A DNA stretch of 64,000 nt from Bacteriovoracaceae bacterium. Its GTDB lineage: Bacteria > Bdellovibrionota > Bacteriovoracia > Bacteriovoracales > Bacteriovoracaceae. The notes beneath the pieces are model-generated. The model was not told the DNA's origin and searched no databases. It worked only from the letters and a program-made list of their open reading frames with translations. Positions 40,602 through 50,140 of the stretch are shown piece by piece (the stretch's first letter is position 1; each line of letters begins with the position of its first letter). Location: the NCBI GenBank assembly GCA_041586955.1, contig JBFGZE010000001.1:1-64000 (forward strand). Direction: 5' to 3'. Position numbers and translations under genes: made by a program.

Positions 40602-41489
40602 TTACTTCCTCAGTTCTAAGAATCGATGCCGATTCGTTAAGTCCGCGACAAGAGTTATACCAGAATATCCCACCTCTTTGGCAAGTTTCTGTAGAAACTC
40701 AAGATGGTGCTCATGCCCTTCTAAAATAAAATAACCATCTGATTTTAAAAGTTTTTTCCCTTCTTTGAAAAGCTTTAAAAACCATCTTTCATAGGCCTCA
40801 TCTGGCAAATAGAGGGCCATATGAGGTTCATAAGCTTCTACTTTATGGTGCACTAGGGATCGGTCCTGGCCTTCTTTAATATAAGGAGGGTTACTGATAA
40901 TGAGATCAAATTGCTGTTCCTGTTTAGCAAAATAGGAGAAGCGATCTGAGAGGTGAAATTCACACTCAGTCTCAGGGTGGATCCCAAAGGCCAGACGAAA
41001 ATAATTTAATTGTGCCACTTTGAGGGCATCTGGAGAAAGGTCGACGCCAATGGCCTTAACAGGAAAACTCAATTCTTTTAGAAGGCTTAATAGTACACAG
41101 CCACTGCCAGTCCCAATATCAGCAATTCTCAAAGAGTCATTGATCTTTCTTTTAGCAGTAATAATTTCTTGACCACGATGAACTAAATACTCTGTCTCAA
41201 AACGTGGTATAAGAACTCTCTCGTCTACGTAATAATGGGCATTATAGAAAAATGCTTGTTTTTGAATATATTGTAAGGGGCGCCCCTTCTTTAGGCATGA
41301 GATATAATAATCGTAATTCGCGCGGGTGTTGGCCGCACCGAGAATACTACTGTTGAGCAAGCGACTTTTGGTCATAAAAGAGGACCAATCCTCTTTAAGC
41401 CGAGACCATTTAATACCGGGGTAATATTCCTCTAGAAGGATTTGATGGTCCTTAAAAAATTGCTCCAATTCTTTAAGGAAGGGGGCCAA
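40602..41489 (-). CDS. prmC: Release factor glutamine methyltransferase
   Basis: PLQYI, VLIPRFETE, DIGTGSG, SNPPY; follows prfA. Confidence 0.93.
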   Translation of the reverse strand: MAPFLKELEQFFKDHQILLEEYYPGIKWSRLKEDWSSFMTKSRLLNSSILGAANTRANYDYYISCLKKGRPLQYIQKQAFFYNAHYYVDERVLIPRFETEYLVHRGQEIITAKRKINDSLRIADIGTGSGCVLLSLLKELSFPVKAIGVDLSPDALKVAQLNYFRLAFGIHPETECEFHLSDRFSYFAKQEQQFDLIISNPPYIKEGQDRSLVHHKVEAYEPHMALYLPDEAYERWFLKLFKEGKKLLKSDGYFILEGHEHHLEFLQKLAKEVGYSGITLVADLTNRHRFLELRK

Positions 41490-41490
41490 T

Positions 41491-42558
41491 TTACTCTTCC
41501 TGGCCTTTTAATAATTCAGCTTGGTTATGAGCAATCAAGGCGTCAGTAACTTCATGAACCTGCCCTTCAACAATTTTATCCAAACTATAAAGAGTTAAAC
41601 CGATACGATGATCAGAAACTCTCCCCTGCGGGTAATTATAAGTTCGGATACGCTCAGAGCGATCACCTGTTCCGACCAACCCCTTACGTTCAGCAGCTTC
41701 CTTGGCATTATGCTCTTGAACCATTTTGTCATAAATCCGCGTTTTAAGAATACGTAGGGCCTTTTCTTTGTTTTTTAATTGAGATTTCTGATCTTGGTTG
41801 GCGACGACGGTTCCCGTCGGAATATGGGTTACTCGTACAGCAGAGTCCGTGGTGTTAACTGATTGTCCTCCCGCTCCACCAGAACGATAAACATCAATAC
41901 GCACATCATTCATATCAAGTTGAAATTCAACGTCGTCTGTTTCCGGCATAACCGCGACCGTAATTGTCGAAGTATGGACACGGCCTTGCGATTCTGTTTT
42001 AGGAACTCGTTGAACTCGGTGGACACCAGATTCATATTTTAAACGAGAATAAACCTTATCACCGGTCACGCTAAAAATGATTTCTTTAATTCCTTCATCA
42101 CCTTCAGATAAAGAAACTAATTCACATTTATAATTCAGATCGCGGCAATAGTTTTGGTACATGCGGTAAACATCACCGACAAAAATAGAAGCTTCATCAC
42201 CTCCCGCACCAGCCCGAATTTCAACCATTACGTTTTTATCATCAAGAGGGTCTTTAGGAAGAAGAAGAAGTTTTAGCTCCTCTTCCATGGCCTCAATATT
42301 GCCTTCATTTTCATTCAGCTCTTCTTTGGCCATTTCGCGCATCTCGGGATCCTTTTCATTTTTAAGGATCTCTTTTGCTTCATTTACATCTTCTTTAACC
42401 TGCTTGTATTTTTTGAAGGCCACGACGATATCTTCAAGATTGGACCTCTCAGAGGAAATTTTCTTGAATTCTTCTTGTCTATCGTAAAGAGAGGGATCGG
42501 CCAACTTTTCAGTTAGCTCTTCATATCTCTCCACAACTTTTTCTAATTTATCGTACAT
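41491..42558 (-). CDS. prfA: Peptide chain release factor 1
   Basis: GAGGDEA, HRVQRVPKTE (PxT), GGQ, GDRSERIRTYN. Confidence 0.97.
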   Translation of the reverse strand: MYDKLEKVVERYEELTEKLADPSLYDRQEEFKKISSERSNLEDIVVAFKKYKQVKEDVNEAKEILKNEKDPEMREMAKEELNENEGNIEAMEEELKLLLLPKDPLDDKNVMVEIRAGAGGDEASIFVGDVYRMYQNYCRDLNYKCELVSLSEGDEGIKEIIFSVTGDKVYSRLKYESGVHRVQRVPKTESQGRVHTSTITVAVMPETDDVEFQLDMNDVRIDVYRSGGAGGQSVNTTDSAVRVTHIPTGTVVANQDQKSQLKNKEKALRILKTRIYDKMVQEHNAKEAAERKGLVGTGDRSERIRTYNYPQGRVSDHRIGLTLYSLDKIVEGQVHEVTDALIAHNQAELLKGQEE

Positions 42559-42577
42559 GACCTAATATCTCTACAAA

Positions 42578-43825
42578 TTAACCATTCATTGAATCTAAGA
42601 ATTCAGCATTCGTTTTAGTCTTAGTAACTCGGCTTAGCATAAATTCCATTGCATCAATAGTATTCATGGGGTGGAGTACTTTTCGTAGAACAAAAACCCT
42701 CTGAAGATCCGCTGGATCCATAAGTAGGTCTTCTTTACGAGTTGACGACTTATTAATATCAAGAGCTGGAAAAATTCTCTTTTCAAGAAGTTTTCTATCC
42801 AATTGAATTTCGGAGTTACCCGTTCCTTTAAATTCCTCAAAGATAACTTCGTCCATACGAGAACCAGTATCAATAAGAGAAGTGGCAATAATAGTAAGTG
42901 AACCACCATTTTCAATATTTCGAGCGGCACCAAAAAATCTCTTTGGTCTATGAAGTGCATTAGAATCAACACCACCAGATAAGATCTTACCTGAAGGTGG
43001 AACCACAGTGTTATAAGCACGGGCCAAACGAGTGATAGAATCGAGGAGGATAATAACATCTTTACCAGCTTCAGTAAGACGCTTCGCTTTCTCAATAACC
43101 ATTTCAGCAACTTGAACGTGGCGGTTAGCTGGTTCATCAAATGTTGATGACACAACTTCAGCTTCCACGTTTCTCTTCATATCTGTTACTTCTTCTGGCC
43201 TTTCATCAATAAGAAGAACAATCAATGTTGCCTCTGGATGATTATCGCTAATCGCATTGGCGATATCTTGAAGAAGAACTGTTTTACCAGCTTTTGGAGG
43301 TGCTACGATAAGACAGCGTTGACCAAACCCTTGAGGGACATAAAGGTCAATAATACGAGTTGAGTAATTCGTCGGCTTTGATTCTAAATTAATTTTTTTC
43401 TGGGGATATAGAGGAGTTAGGTTATCAAAAAGAACTGTTTTCTTATGATTTTCAGGACTCTGCTCATTAATAGAATCGACTTTTAAAAGGGCAAAATAAC
43501 GTTCACCATCTTTAGGTGGGCGAATTCCACCTTCAATCGTATCCCCTTTTCTCAGGCCAAAACGTCTAATTTGACTAGGACTTACGTAAATATCGTCAGC
43601 ACCAGGTAAATAATTATATCCAGGAGACCTAAGAAAACCAAAACCATCTGGCAAAATTTCTAAAACACCACCTCCAAAAATAGCTTCTTCTTTCGCGGCC
43701 TTAGCTTTTAAGATCGCAAAAATCACTTCGTGACGTTTCATATTTCCGGGGTTTTCAACTCCCGCTTCACTGGCCATTTGACTGAGTTTTTTAATGTCCA
43801 TTTCTCTTAAATGATTAAGATGCAT
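42578..43825 (-). CDS. rho: Transcription termination factor Rho
   Basis: [41 protein letters not shown]. Confidence 0.98.
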   Translation of the reverse strand: MHLNHLREMDIKKLSQMASEAGVENPGNMKRHEVIFAILKAKAAKEEAIFGGGVLEILPDGFGFLRSPGYNYLPGADDIYVSPSQIRRFGLRKGDTIEGGIRPPKDGERYFALLKVDSINEQSPENHKKTVLFDNLTPLYPQKKINLESKPTNYSTRIIDLYVPQGFGQRCLIVAPPKAGKTVLLQDIANAISDNHPEATLIVLLIDERPEEVTDMKRNVEAEVVSSTFDEPANRHVQVAEMVIEKAKRLTEAGKDVIILLDSITRLARAYNTVVPPSGKILSGGVDSNALHRPKRFFGAARNIENGGSLTIIATSLIDTGSRMDEVIFEEFKGTGNSEIQLDRKLLEKRIFPALDINKSSTRKEDLLMDPADLQRVFVLRKVLHPMNTIDAMEFMLSRVTKTKTNAEFLDSMNG

Positions 43826-44077
43826 TTAATTAAGCTCCTATTTTGTAAAATTTGATATGGGATTTTTATGTTATTAAATTTGTTAATATATTAATAAGGA
43901 TTGGTTTAATTTCCTCTCAGATCGTGTCTGGACAGTTTGAATTGGAATAAACAAGAAACAATGGTGAATCGTGTATCCCCATGATTAAGATTTTTCTCAA
44001 TTTTGTCAAGATATAAAAATGATCAAGCGTGCTAAAAGCGCTGGGTAAAAGGTTATAAGCATGCTAATCAAAACTCT

Positions 44078-44548
44078 ATGGATATTAAAGATAAGCCTTT
44101 AAATCTAGAGGGAAAAACCATACTTGGTATCGATTATGGCCAAAAAGTTATCGGCCTTGCCTATATCGTAGTGGGACGAGAGCCCTTTCCCATGCCTCGC
44201 GGCCGCATTATCGTCAAAAGCACAGAACAAGTGTTCAACGATATTCAGGAAATTTGTGAAGAAGAATTCATCGATGCTATCGTTTTAGGCATTCCCTATT
44301 TAACTGACGGTGGGGAAACCAGGATGGGTGCCGAAATTGAAAAATTTAGTCAAAAATTAACCCTTATTCTGGATAATATTCCTATTTATCACCAAGATGA
44401 AACACTTTCCTCATTTGAGGCACAAGAGCGTATGAAAAACTCGCCAAGCTTCAATTTTAGCGTGGATATGAAACGTATCGACGAAGTGGCGGCATGCATC
44501 ATCCTGGAAGATTTTCTCAATGTCCAGCTTGCAGGCCAAAGCCTCTAA
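44078..44548 (+). CDS. ruvX: YqgF/RuvX family nuclease
   Basis: ILGIDYGQKVIGLA, VLGIP, DETLSS, IDEVAACIIL. Confidence 0.93.
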   Translation: MDIKDKPLNLEGKTILGIDYGQKVIGLAYIVVGREPFPMPRGRIIVKSTEQVFNDIQEICEEEFIDAIVLGIPYLTDGGETRMGAEIEKFSQKLTLILDNIPIYHQDETLSSFEAQERMKNSPSFNFSVDMKRIDEVAACIILEDFLNVQLAGQSL

Positions 44549-44589
44549 CTGTATCCTTATTATTAAAATTATTACAGTGAGTCTTCTGC

Positions 44590-45636
44590 ATGAAAAAATA
44601 TTGGTGGGTCTTTGTTTTAGCGGCTCCGGCCCTGTCCATCACTCTGGTCAGTCTATTAACCTATTATCTCGCCAGTATTTGGACCTATAGTGGGCCAGAT
44701 ATTGTTTTCGAAGTGAGGCCAGGAGAGGGCTTTAGCTCTATTAATGGACGACTCAACCGCCAGGGCCTTATTAGTAGCGCTAAATTATTCCACCGCTATT
44801 CTCAATTTCAAAATATTATGACGAAGTTTAAGAGTGGCGCCTTTGTTATTAAGTCTGGATCCAATCTTTTAGAGGTCGCTGAAACCCTAACCCAGGGCAA
44901 GGCCATCACTACAACAATCACCATCCCCGAGGGAAAGAATATTTTTGAAATTGGTAAAATTCTTGAAAACAGTGGTGTTATTGACGCAAAATCTTTTATC
45001 GCTGCCGCTAAGTCATCTGAAATTATCAATAAATTAAAAATCCCGGGAGAGAGAGTCGAAGGCTATCTCTACCCTGAAACATATCATTTTTCCAAAGGAA
45101 CAAGTGCCGGAAGAATCATTGGGACGATGGTCCACCAATTTCATAAAAAAGTTAAAGGCCTGGCCCTAGAAAATAATCCCATGGACCTGAACCCTCACCA
45201 AGTTATTATCATGGCCTCAATTGTTGAAAAAGAGACTGGCGCTGGTCATGAGCGACCAATGATTGCAGGTGTCTTTCTTAACCGCCTTAAAAAGGGAATG
45301 CGCCTGCAGTCAGATCCCACTACCATCTACGGCATTTATGAAAATTATAATGGAAATTTGCGCAAGAAACACCTTCTAGAGAGGACTCCTTATAATACTT
45401 ATAAAGTTTCTGGATTACCCAAAGGCCCTATTTCAAACCCGGGACTCGACTCAATTAAAGCAGTTCTTGACCCTACCCCTCATCAATACCTTTATTTTGT
45501 GAGCCAAAATGATGGAACCCATATTTTTTCCAAAAGCTACAAAGAGCATCGCGAAGCAGTCAATAAATTCCAAAAAGACAAAAATGCGCGAAAAGGAAAG
45601 AGCTGGCGAGATTTAAAGAAGGCCAAGAAGGAATAA
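44590..45636 (+). CDS. mltG: Endolytic transglycosylase MltG
   Basis: N-terminal TM; IPEG, EGYLYPETY, ASIVEKE, RLQSDPT, YNTY..GLPKGPISNPG. Confidence 0.96.
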   Translation: MKKYWWVFVLAAPALSITLVSLLTYYLASIWTYSGPDIVFEVRPGEGFSSINGRLNRQGLISSAKLFHRYSQFQNIMTKFKSGAFVIKSGSNLLEVAETLTQGKAITTTITIPEGKNIFEIGKILENSGVIDAKSFIAAAKSSEIINKLKIPGERVEGYLYPETYHFSKGTSAGRIIGTMVHQFHKKVKGLALENNPMDLNPHQVIIMASIVEKETGAGHERPMIAGVFLNRLKKGMRLQSDPTTIYGIYENYNGNLRKKHLLERTPYNTYKVSGLPKGPISNPGLDSIKAVLDPTPHQYLYFVSQNDGTHIFSKSYKEHREAVNKFQKDKNARKGKSWRDLKKAKKE

Positions 45637-45809
45637 ATTTCTCACTTTATTGTAAGAAATATTTTGGCCTGCAACCTAAGCGTCTATCGAAATTTCCTGT
45701 TTTTTTAGAAATTCCTATTATTTTCAGGTAGTTTGGTCCACAAACCGACGAAAATATGTGGTTATGGGACATTATTTTCTCAGATGTTATTCAATGTAAT
45801 TTTTTTTGC

Positions 45810-45839
45810 TTGTCTCCAATAGATTTACTTAGATAGAAT
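45810..45839 (+). promoter_or_regulatory. Candidate sigma70 promoter of dksA
   Basis: TTGTCT-N18-TAGAAT. Confidence 0.45.
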
Positions 45840-45905
45840 ATTGTGCAGACCTTAAGAGTGGAACCTTAGGTCTTATGGAAGGATAGAGACACTTCAAGGA
45901 GGAAA

Positions 45906-46280
45906 GTGATGGACAAGGTTGATAAGGAGCATTTTCGCGAGATACTGCTCAAACACAAAAATAAAATCCTTAACGGTGGGATTTTAACATCTAAAGAAGA
46001 CTTAACCGTTTCCAGTGAAGATCTTGCTGATGAAGCTGACTTAGCAACAAGTGTAATTAATCAACAGGTGACCTTTAATATGCGTCAAAGAGAAATGGCA
46101 AAATTAAGGGAAATTGAAGAAGCTCTTTATCGTCTTGAAGAAAGGACCTATGGACTTTGTGAAGAATGCGATGAGTATATCGGTAAAAAACGCCTGGCCA
46201 ACCAGCCCTGGGCAACTCTTTGTATCACCCATGCTGAAGAGAGAGAAAGAGAACAAAGCCATTTCTTAAAGTTAGGCTAA
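45906..46280 (+). CDS. dksA: DksA/TraR family transcription factor
   Basis: ADEADLA coiled-coil tip; YGLCEEC...RL..PWATLCITH; AAGGAGG RBS. Confidence 0.88.
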   Translation: MMDKVDKEHFREILLKHKNKILNGGILTSKEDLTVSSEDLADEADLATSVINQQVTFNMRQREMAKLREIEEALYRLEERTYGLCEECDEYIGKKRLANQPWATLCITHAEEREREQSHFLKLG

Positions 46281-46288
46281 ACTCCTTT

Positions 46289-46416
46289 GATATCCATGAT
46301 GGATTATCTGTTCGTGAAGGCAGGAGCCTACCAGCGAACAACTTGCACACACACCCAAGCAATTGAATTCCAATGATGATTTATACTTTAAGGCCCTCTT
46401 TTTTGAGGGCCTTAAA
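46289..46416 (+). ncRNA. Candidate structured RNA in the dksA 3' region
   Basis: Four consecutive hairpins plus terminator found by eye; family not recognised. Confidence 0.3.
46387..46416. terminator. Strong hairpin terminator
   Basis: TTTAAGGCCCTC-TTTTTT-GAGGGCCTTAAA perfect 12-bp stem. Confidence 0.75.
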
Positions 46417-46658
46417 ATATTATTCAATTAATGTCATTCATTTTACCATCTCAAGTTTAATAAAATTAACGATATAGAATATTCCTCTGCAGCGAGTACT
46501 CCGAAAAATGGCAAAATTTCACACAATTTAAAAATCCGATGTCCAAAAACTGAACAAGACATAGGCAATTGATTGGACAATTATTTGACACCCATCAATT
46601 TTTTGCCAATTTTGACCTCAAATTGCTAGCGTAACTCCCTAATTTCAGATAAAAAAAC

Positions 46659-46674
46659 TGGCCCCTACTTTGCT
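46659..46674 (+). promoter_or_regulatory. Sigma54 (-24/-12) promoter
   Basis: TGGCCCCTACTTTGCT, GG-N10-GC with TTGCT; upstream of S8 protease. Confidence 0.7.
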
Positions 46675-46751
46675 TTTATAGAGGACAAAGAGGAGCAAGG
46701 AATGGCCTCAAGAAATTAACTGGCATCTTTAATCGACGGGGTTTTTTAAAA

Positions 46752-47825
46752 ATGACATTTTCCATCAATAAAAAATTGAAAATTGCTCTACTCTCTGCGC
46801 TAGCTCTTTCCCATATAGGGCTTTTTGCAGAAGGTTCAATTGCACCGCTTAAAGACTCTCCTTACGAAAGTTGGGGAATTAATTCTTCACAAGGCGCTAT
46901 TAATATTACTTCTGCATGGAAATCCTTTACTCAGAAAAAGGATGTCATTGTTGCGGTTATCGATACAGGAGTGGATCCGACTCACTCCTATCTATATAAG
47001 AACCTGATTGTTAAAAATGGCAAAGTTAATATTATGAATTTTGGTAAAGACTTCTCAAAAAATTCCCAGGCAGAGTCCCGCCCTTCAGATTCACATGGCC
47101 ATGGGACCCATGTCTCAGGCATTATTCGAAGTGTTTTTCCTCAAGTTAAAATTCTCACTCTTAAGTATTATAACCCTAAGGCCTCGGGTCAAGATAACCT
47201 CAACTCAACAATCAGGGCCTTACGTTATGCCGTTCAACAAAATGTTGATATCATCAATTACTCTGGTGGTGGGCCAGAGCCAGCAATCGAAGAATTAAAA
47301 ATCTTAAGAGAGGCCGAGAAGAAAGGGATCCTAGTTATTGCTGCTGCAGGAAATGAAGAATCTAATATTGATATTAAAAAGAATGCTTATTACCCAGCAA
47401 GCTATGGATTGAGCAATATTATTTCAGTGACCGCCCATGATCAACAACTACGTATTCTAAAATCATCTAATTATGGTCGATTGACGGTTGATATAGCTGC
47501 TCCCGGGCATCGTATTAACTCGGCACTGCCAGGTAACCGCGCCGGATTTTTAACAGGAACAAGTCAGGCAACAGCTTTTGTCACAGGTGCGGCAGCTCTT
47601 TTAAAGGCACAATACCCCAAGCTTACGACTAAAGAGCTCAAAGAAATTATCCGATCTTCGGCCCGTAAAGAAATTACTCTCATGGGTAAATGTATCTCAA
47701 GTGGACGACTAGATGCCTACAATGCACAGAAATTGGCCGCAAAATATATTAAAGCAAAAAATAATAAATCAAGAAAATTGGCCACCAAAGAAGAAGGTCA
47801 GATTACTTACCGTATGGCACGCTAA
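46752..47825 (+). CDS. Secreted S8 (subtilisin-like) serine protease
   Basis: VAVIDTG (Asp), HGHGTHVSG (His), AAAGN, GTSQAT (Ser); signal peptide. Confidence 0.95.
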   Translation: MTFSINKKLKIALLSALALSHIGLFAEGSIAPLKDSPYESWGINSSQGAINITSAWKSFTQKKDVIVAVIDTGVDPTHSYLYKNLIVKNGKVNIMNFGKDFSKNSQAESRPSDSHGHGTHVSGIIRSVFPQVKILTLKYYNPKASGQDNLNSTIRALRYAVQQNVDIINYSGGGPEPAIEELKILREAEKKGILVIAAAGNEESNIDIKKNAYYPASYGLSNIISVTAHDQQLRILKSSNYGRLTVDIAAPGHRINSALPGNRAGFLTGTSQATAFVTGAAALLKAQYPKLTTKELKEIIRSSARKEITLMGKCISSGRLDAYNAQKLAAKYIKAKNNKSRKLATKEEGQITYRMAR

Positions 47826-48442
47826 TCGTGTAAATTATGCTTAAAAAACCATATACTCAAAAAAATAAAAACAATGAGTCCCATCAAAACTCGCAATACT
47901 CTCAATCCAATAAAGGTTAAGTTTGGAATAGGATTCGTCTTTGATGTTGTAATTTTTTGCATTTGCAAGTCATGCATTTTTTCGCGGAAAAATGATAAAT
48001 GGGAAGAACTCACCAAATACTTTTCCTTAAGTTCTTGGTCGGAGACACCAAAACTGGCCTTTAACTCCATTAAAACAAAAGCTGCTTCAATTTGATAAAG
48101 CTCAATATCATGGGGCTTAGGGCCTTCGGCCATAAAATCATCAATCAACTTCAAGCGGTGGATTAAATTGCGCTTAAATTTTCTCCGTTTCCTATCGTTA
48201 TAAGGAATAAAAGAGAAAAATTGTGATAAGGATGGTATTGATTGGTAATATTCATCTTGTAGGAAAAAGAACGATCGCTCGCCCAAAGGGCCACCAAGAG
48301 GGTCGAAGTCCAATTGAAACCCACAACTCTCGCAGAGCTTATCTTCCAAATAAATCGAATGGCATTTAGGGCATCTTTGAATGCGAATTTCTTTTCCAAT
48401 TTCTTTTGGGTGTTGAATATATTCACTTTGCAAATTGCTCAT
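47822..48442 (-). CDS. Hypothetical zinc-ribbon protein with C-terminal TM
   Basis: CPKC and CESC; hydrophobic C-terminus; start at MSNLQ. Confidence 0.65.
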   Translation of the reverse strand: MSNLQSEYIQHPKEIGKEIRIQRCPKCHSIYLEDKLCESCGFQLDFDPLGGPLGERSFFFLQDEYYQSIPSLSQFFSFIPYNDRKRRKFKRNLIHRLKLIDDFMAEGPKPHDIELYQIEAAFVLMELKASFGVSDQELKEKYLVSSSHLSFFREKMHDLQMQKITTSKTNPIPNLTFIGLRVLRVLMGLIVFIFLSIWFFKHNLHD

Positions 48443-48506
48443 ACGATTATTATCCCTCGAATCGAGACCGTTGGCAAATAGCAAGGCCATCCGCTATTAT
48501 TAGGAG

Positions 48507-50099
48507 ATGAATAGACAATTAATCAATCGCTACTTACCTGCTCTAATTGGTGGATCACTATACGCTTTAGGTTTTCCCTCAAAACTTATTCCTCATTGTT
48601 TTCTCTTTACCTTACTTGGGACGGGACTTTTCCTATCAAGTATTCAAATGTTTAAAGAAGGTGGTGCTTTAAAAGAGGATTTAAAAAAGTTTTTTCTCTT
48701 TTCTCTAACCTACTACTTAACCGGGTATTATTGGATCCCCCACACATTAGAAGTTTTTGGCAATATTCCCGCCCCCTTTAGCAATATTCTTGGTATTATT
48801 TTTTCTCTCATTATATTGCCTCATTATTTTGTTGTTTTTCTCGGGTTACATTGGAGTGCTCAAAAGTGGCCCAATCTAATCTCTCAATTAAAAACTCCTG
48901 CGTTTTTGGCCCTTATCATGTGCCTAGGTGAATATTTTATTCCCCAACAATTCCCCGCTCATTTAGGTCATTCCTGGTTAAGTTTGGCCCCATATTTAGG
49001 GCTCGCTCCCTTTGGGGGCTATCTTCTCTTTTCCTATATTTCCTATTTTCTTATTTTCCATTGCCTAAAGGCCTGGCAGCAAAAGTCTTACCGTTCTCTC
49101 ATTTACCCGGTTTCACTATTTATTTTATTTTTAGCTATTAATATTGCCTTCCCTTTAAAGCGGCCAGAGGTCACTCATAACCTCAATATCAGATTGGTCC
49201 AGGCCAATATTGGCAATTGGCTTAAGCTAACCTCAGAAACAGGCGAAGAACTATCTATGAATAAAGTTTTCAAGCGCTATCATAAGCTCTCCACTAAACC
49301 CACCCCAACTGGAGGGCCTATCGATCTTATTATTTGGCCAGAAACGGCCTACCCCAATATTCTCAATAGCGAAAGTATGCGGGTCGCGATTGCTAACGTG
49401 CCTTCTCTCATTAAAGATATTATTTTTGAAATGGACACCCAGTTATTTACAGGTGGCTACGATATGGCCAAAGTCAATGCCAGAAGTAACTTTGAAAGCG
49501 ATTATAATTCTGGATTTCTTTTTGGCAAAGATGGCCTCCTAAAGGACACTTATCATAAGATTAAACTCATTCCCTTTGGTGAAAGTTTACCACTTGGGCC
49601 TTTGAACTCCTTGCTCAGTAAAGTCATTACCAATATGGCCTTTTTTGCCAAAGGAACAAATTATACCCTCTTTCAATTAAAAAACGATCTGAGATTTATT
49701 AATTTAATTTGTTATGAAGTTCTTTTTCCTGAATTTGTCAGAACATTTTTAAAAGCGAATAAAAAGCGTCCTCATTTTATGATTAATCTTACTAATGACT
49801 CTTGGTATGGAGACACTGCAGAGCCTTACCAGCATTTATATTTGGCCAAATGGCGTGCCATAGAATTCCAATTGCCGATCATTCGCGTAACCAATACAGG
49901 TCTCACGACTATTATGTTTGAAGATGGAAGTCGCACGAAAGATTTAGGGCTTTTTCGTTCAAACTCAGGAGACTTCCAGTTGCCATTAGGTCAGGGTAAA
50001 GCGACTTTTTATGAACAATGGGGTATTCTTTTAACCCTTCTCCTAGGAAGCGTCCTCACTTTTATTGAGTATTACTGCCGCAAAAGAGTAAAATCATAA
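48507..50099 (+). CDS. lnt: Apolipoprotein N-acyltransferase
   Basis: Multiple TMs; IWPETA, KIKLIPFGE, ICYE catalytic triad motifs, TNDSW, NTG. Confidence 0.95.
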   Translation: MNRQLINRYLPALIGGSLYALGFPSKLIPHCFLFTLLGTGLFLSSIQMFKEGGALKEDLKKFFLFSLTYYLTGYYWIPHTLEVFGNIPAPFSNILGIIFSLIILPHYFVVFLGLHWSAQKWPNLISQLKTPAFLALIMCLGEYFIPQQFPAHLGHSWLSLAPYLGLAPFGGYLLFSYISYFLIFHCLKAWQQKSYRSLIYPVSLFILFLAINIAFPLKRPEVTHNLNIRLVQANIGNWLKLTSETGEELSMNKVFKRYHKLSTKPTPTGGPIDLIIWPETAYPNILNSESMRVAIANVPSLIKDIIFEMDTQLFTGGYDMAKVNARSNFESDYNSGFLFGKDGLLKDTYHKIKLIPFGESLPLGPLNSLLSKVITNMAFFAKGTNYTLFQLKNDLRFINLICYEVLFPEFVRTFLKANKKRPHFMINLTNDSWYGDTAEPYQHLYLAKWRAIEFQLPIIRVTNTGLTTIMFEDGSRTKDLGLFRSNSGDFQLPLGQGKATFYEQWGILLTLLLGSVLTFIEYYCRKRVKS

Positions 50100-50140
50100 G
50101 ATGACATCAAGAAATATTTTTCGCTATCATCGACTATATA

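Noticed and set aside
46289..46416. Identification as SRP RNA, 6S RNA or a known riboswitch
   Set aside because: SRP core motif absent, no long 6S-type rod seen, and the element lies 3' of a gene; kept only as an unassigned candidate
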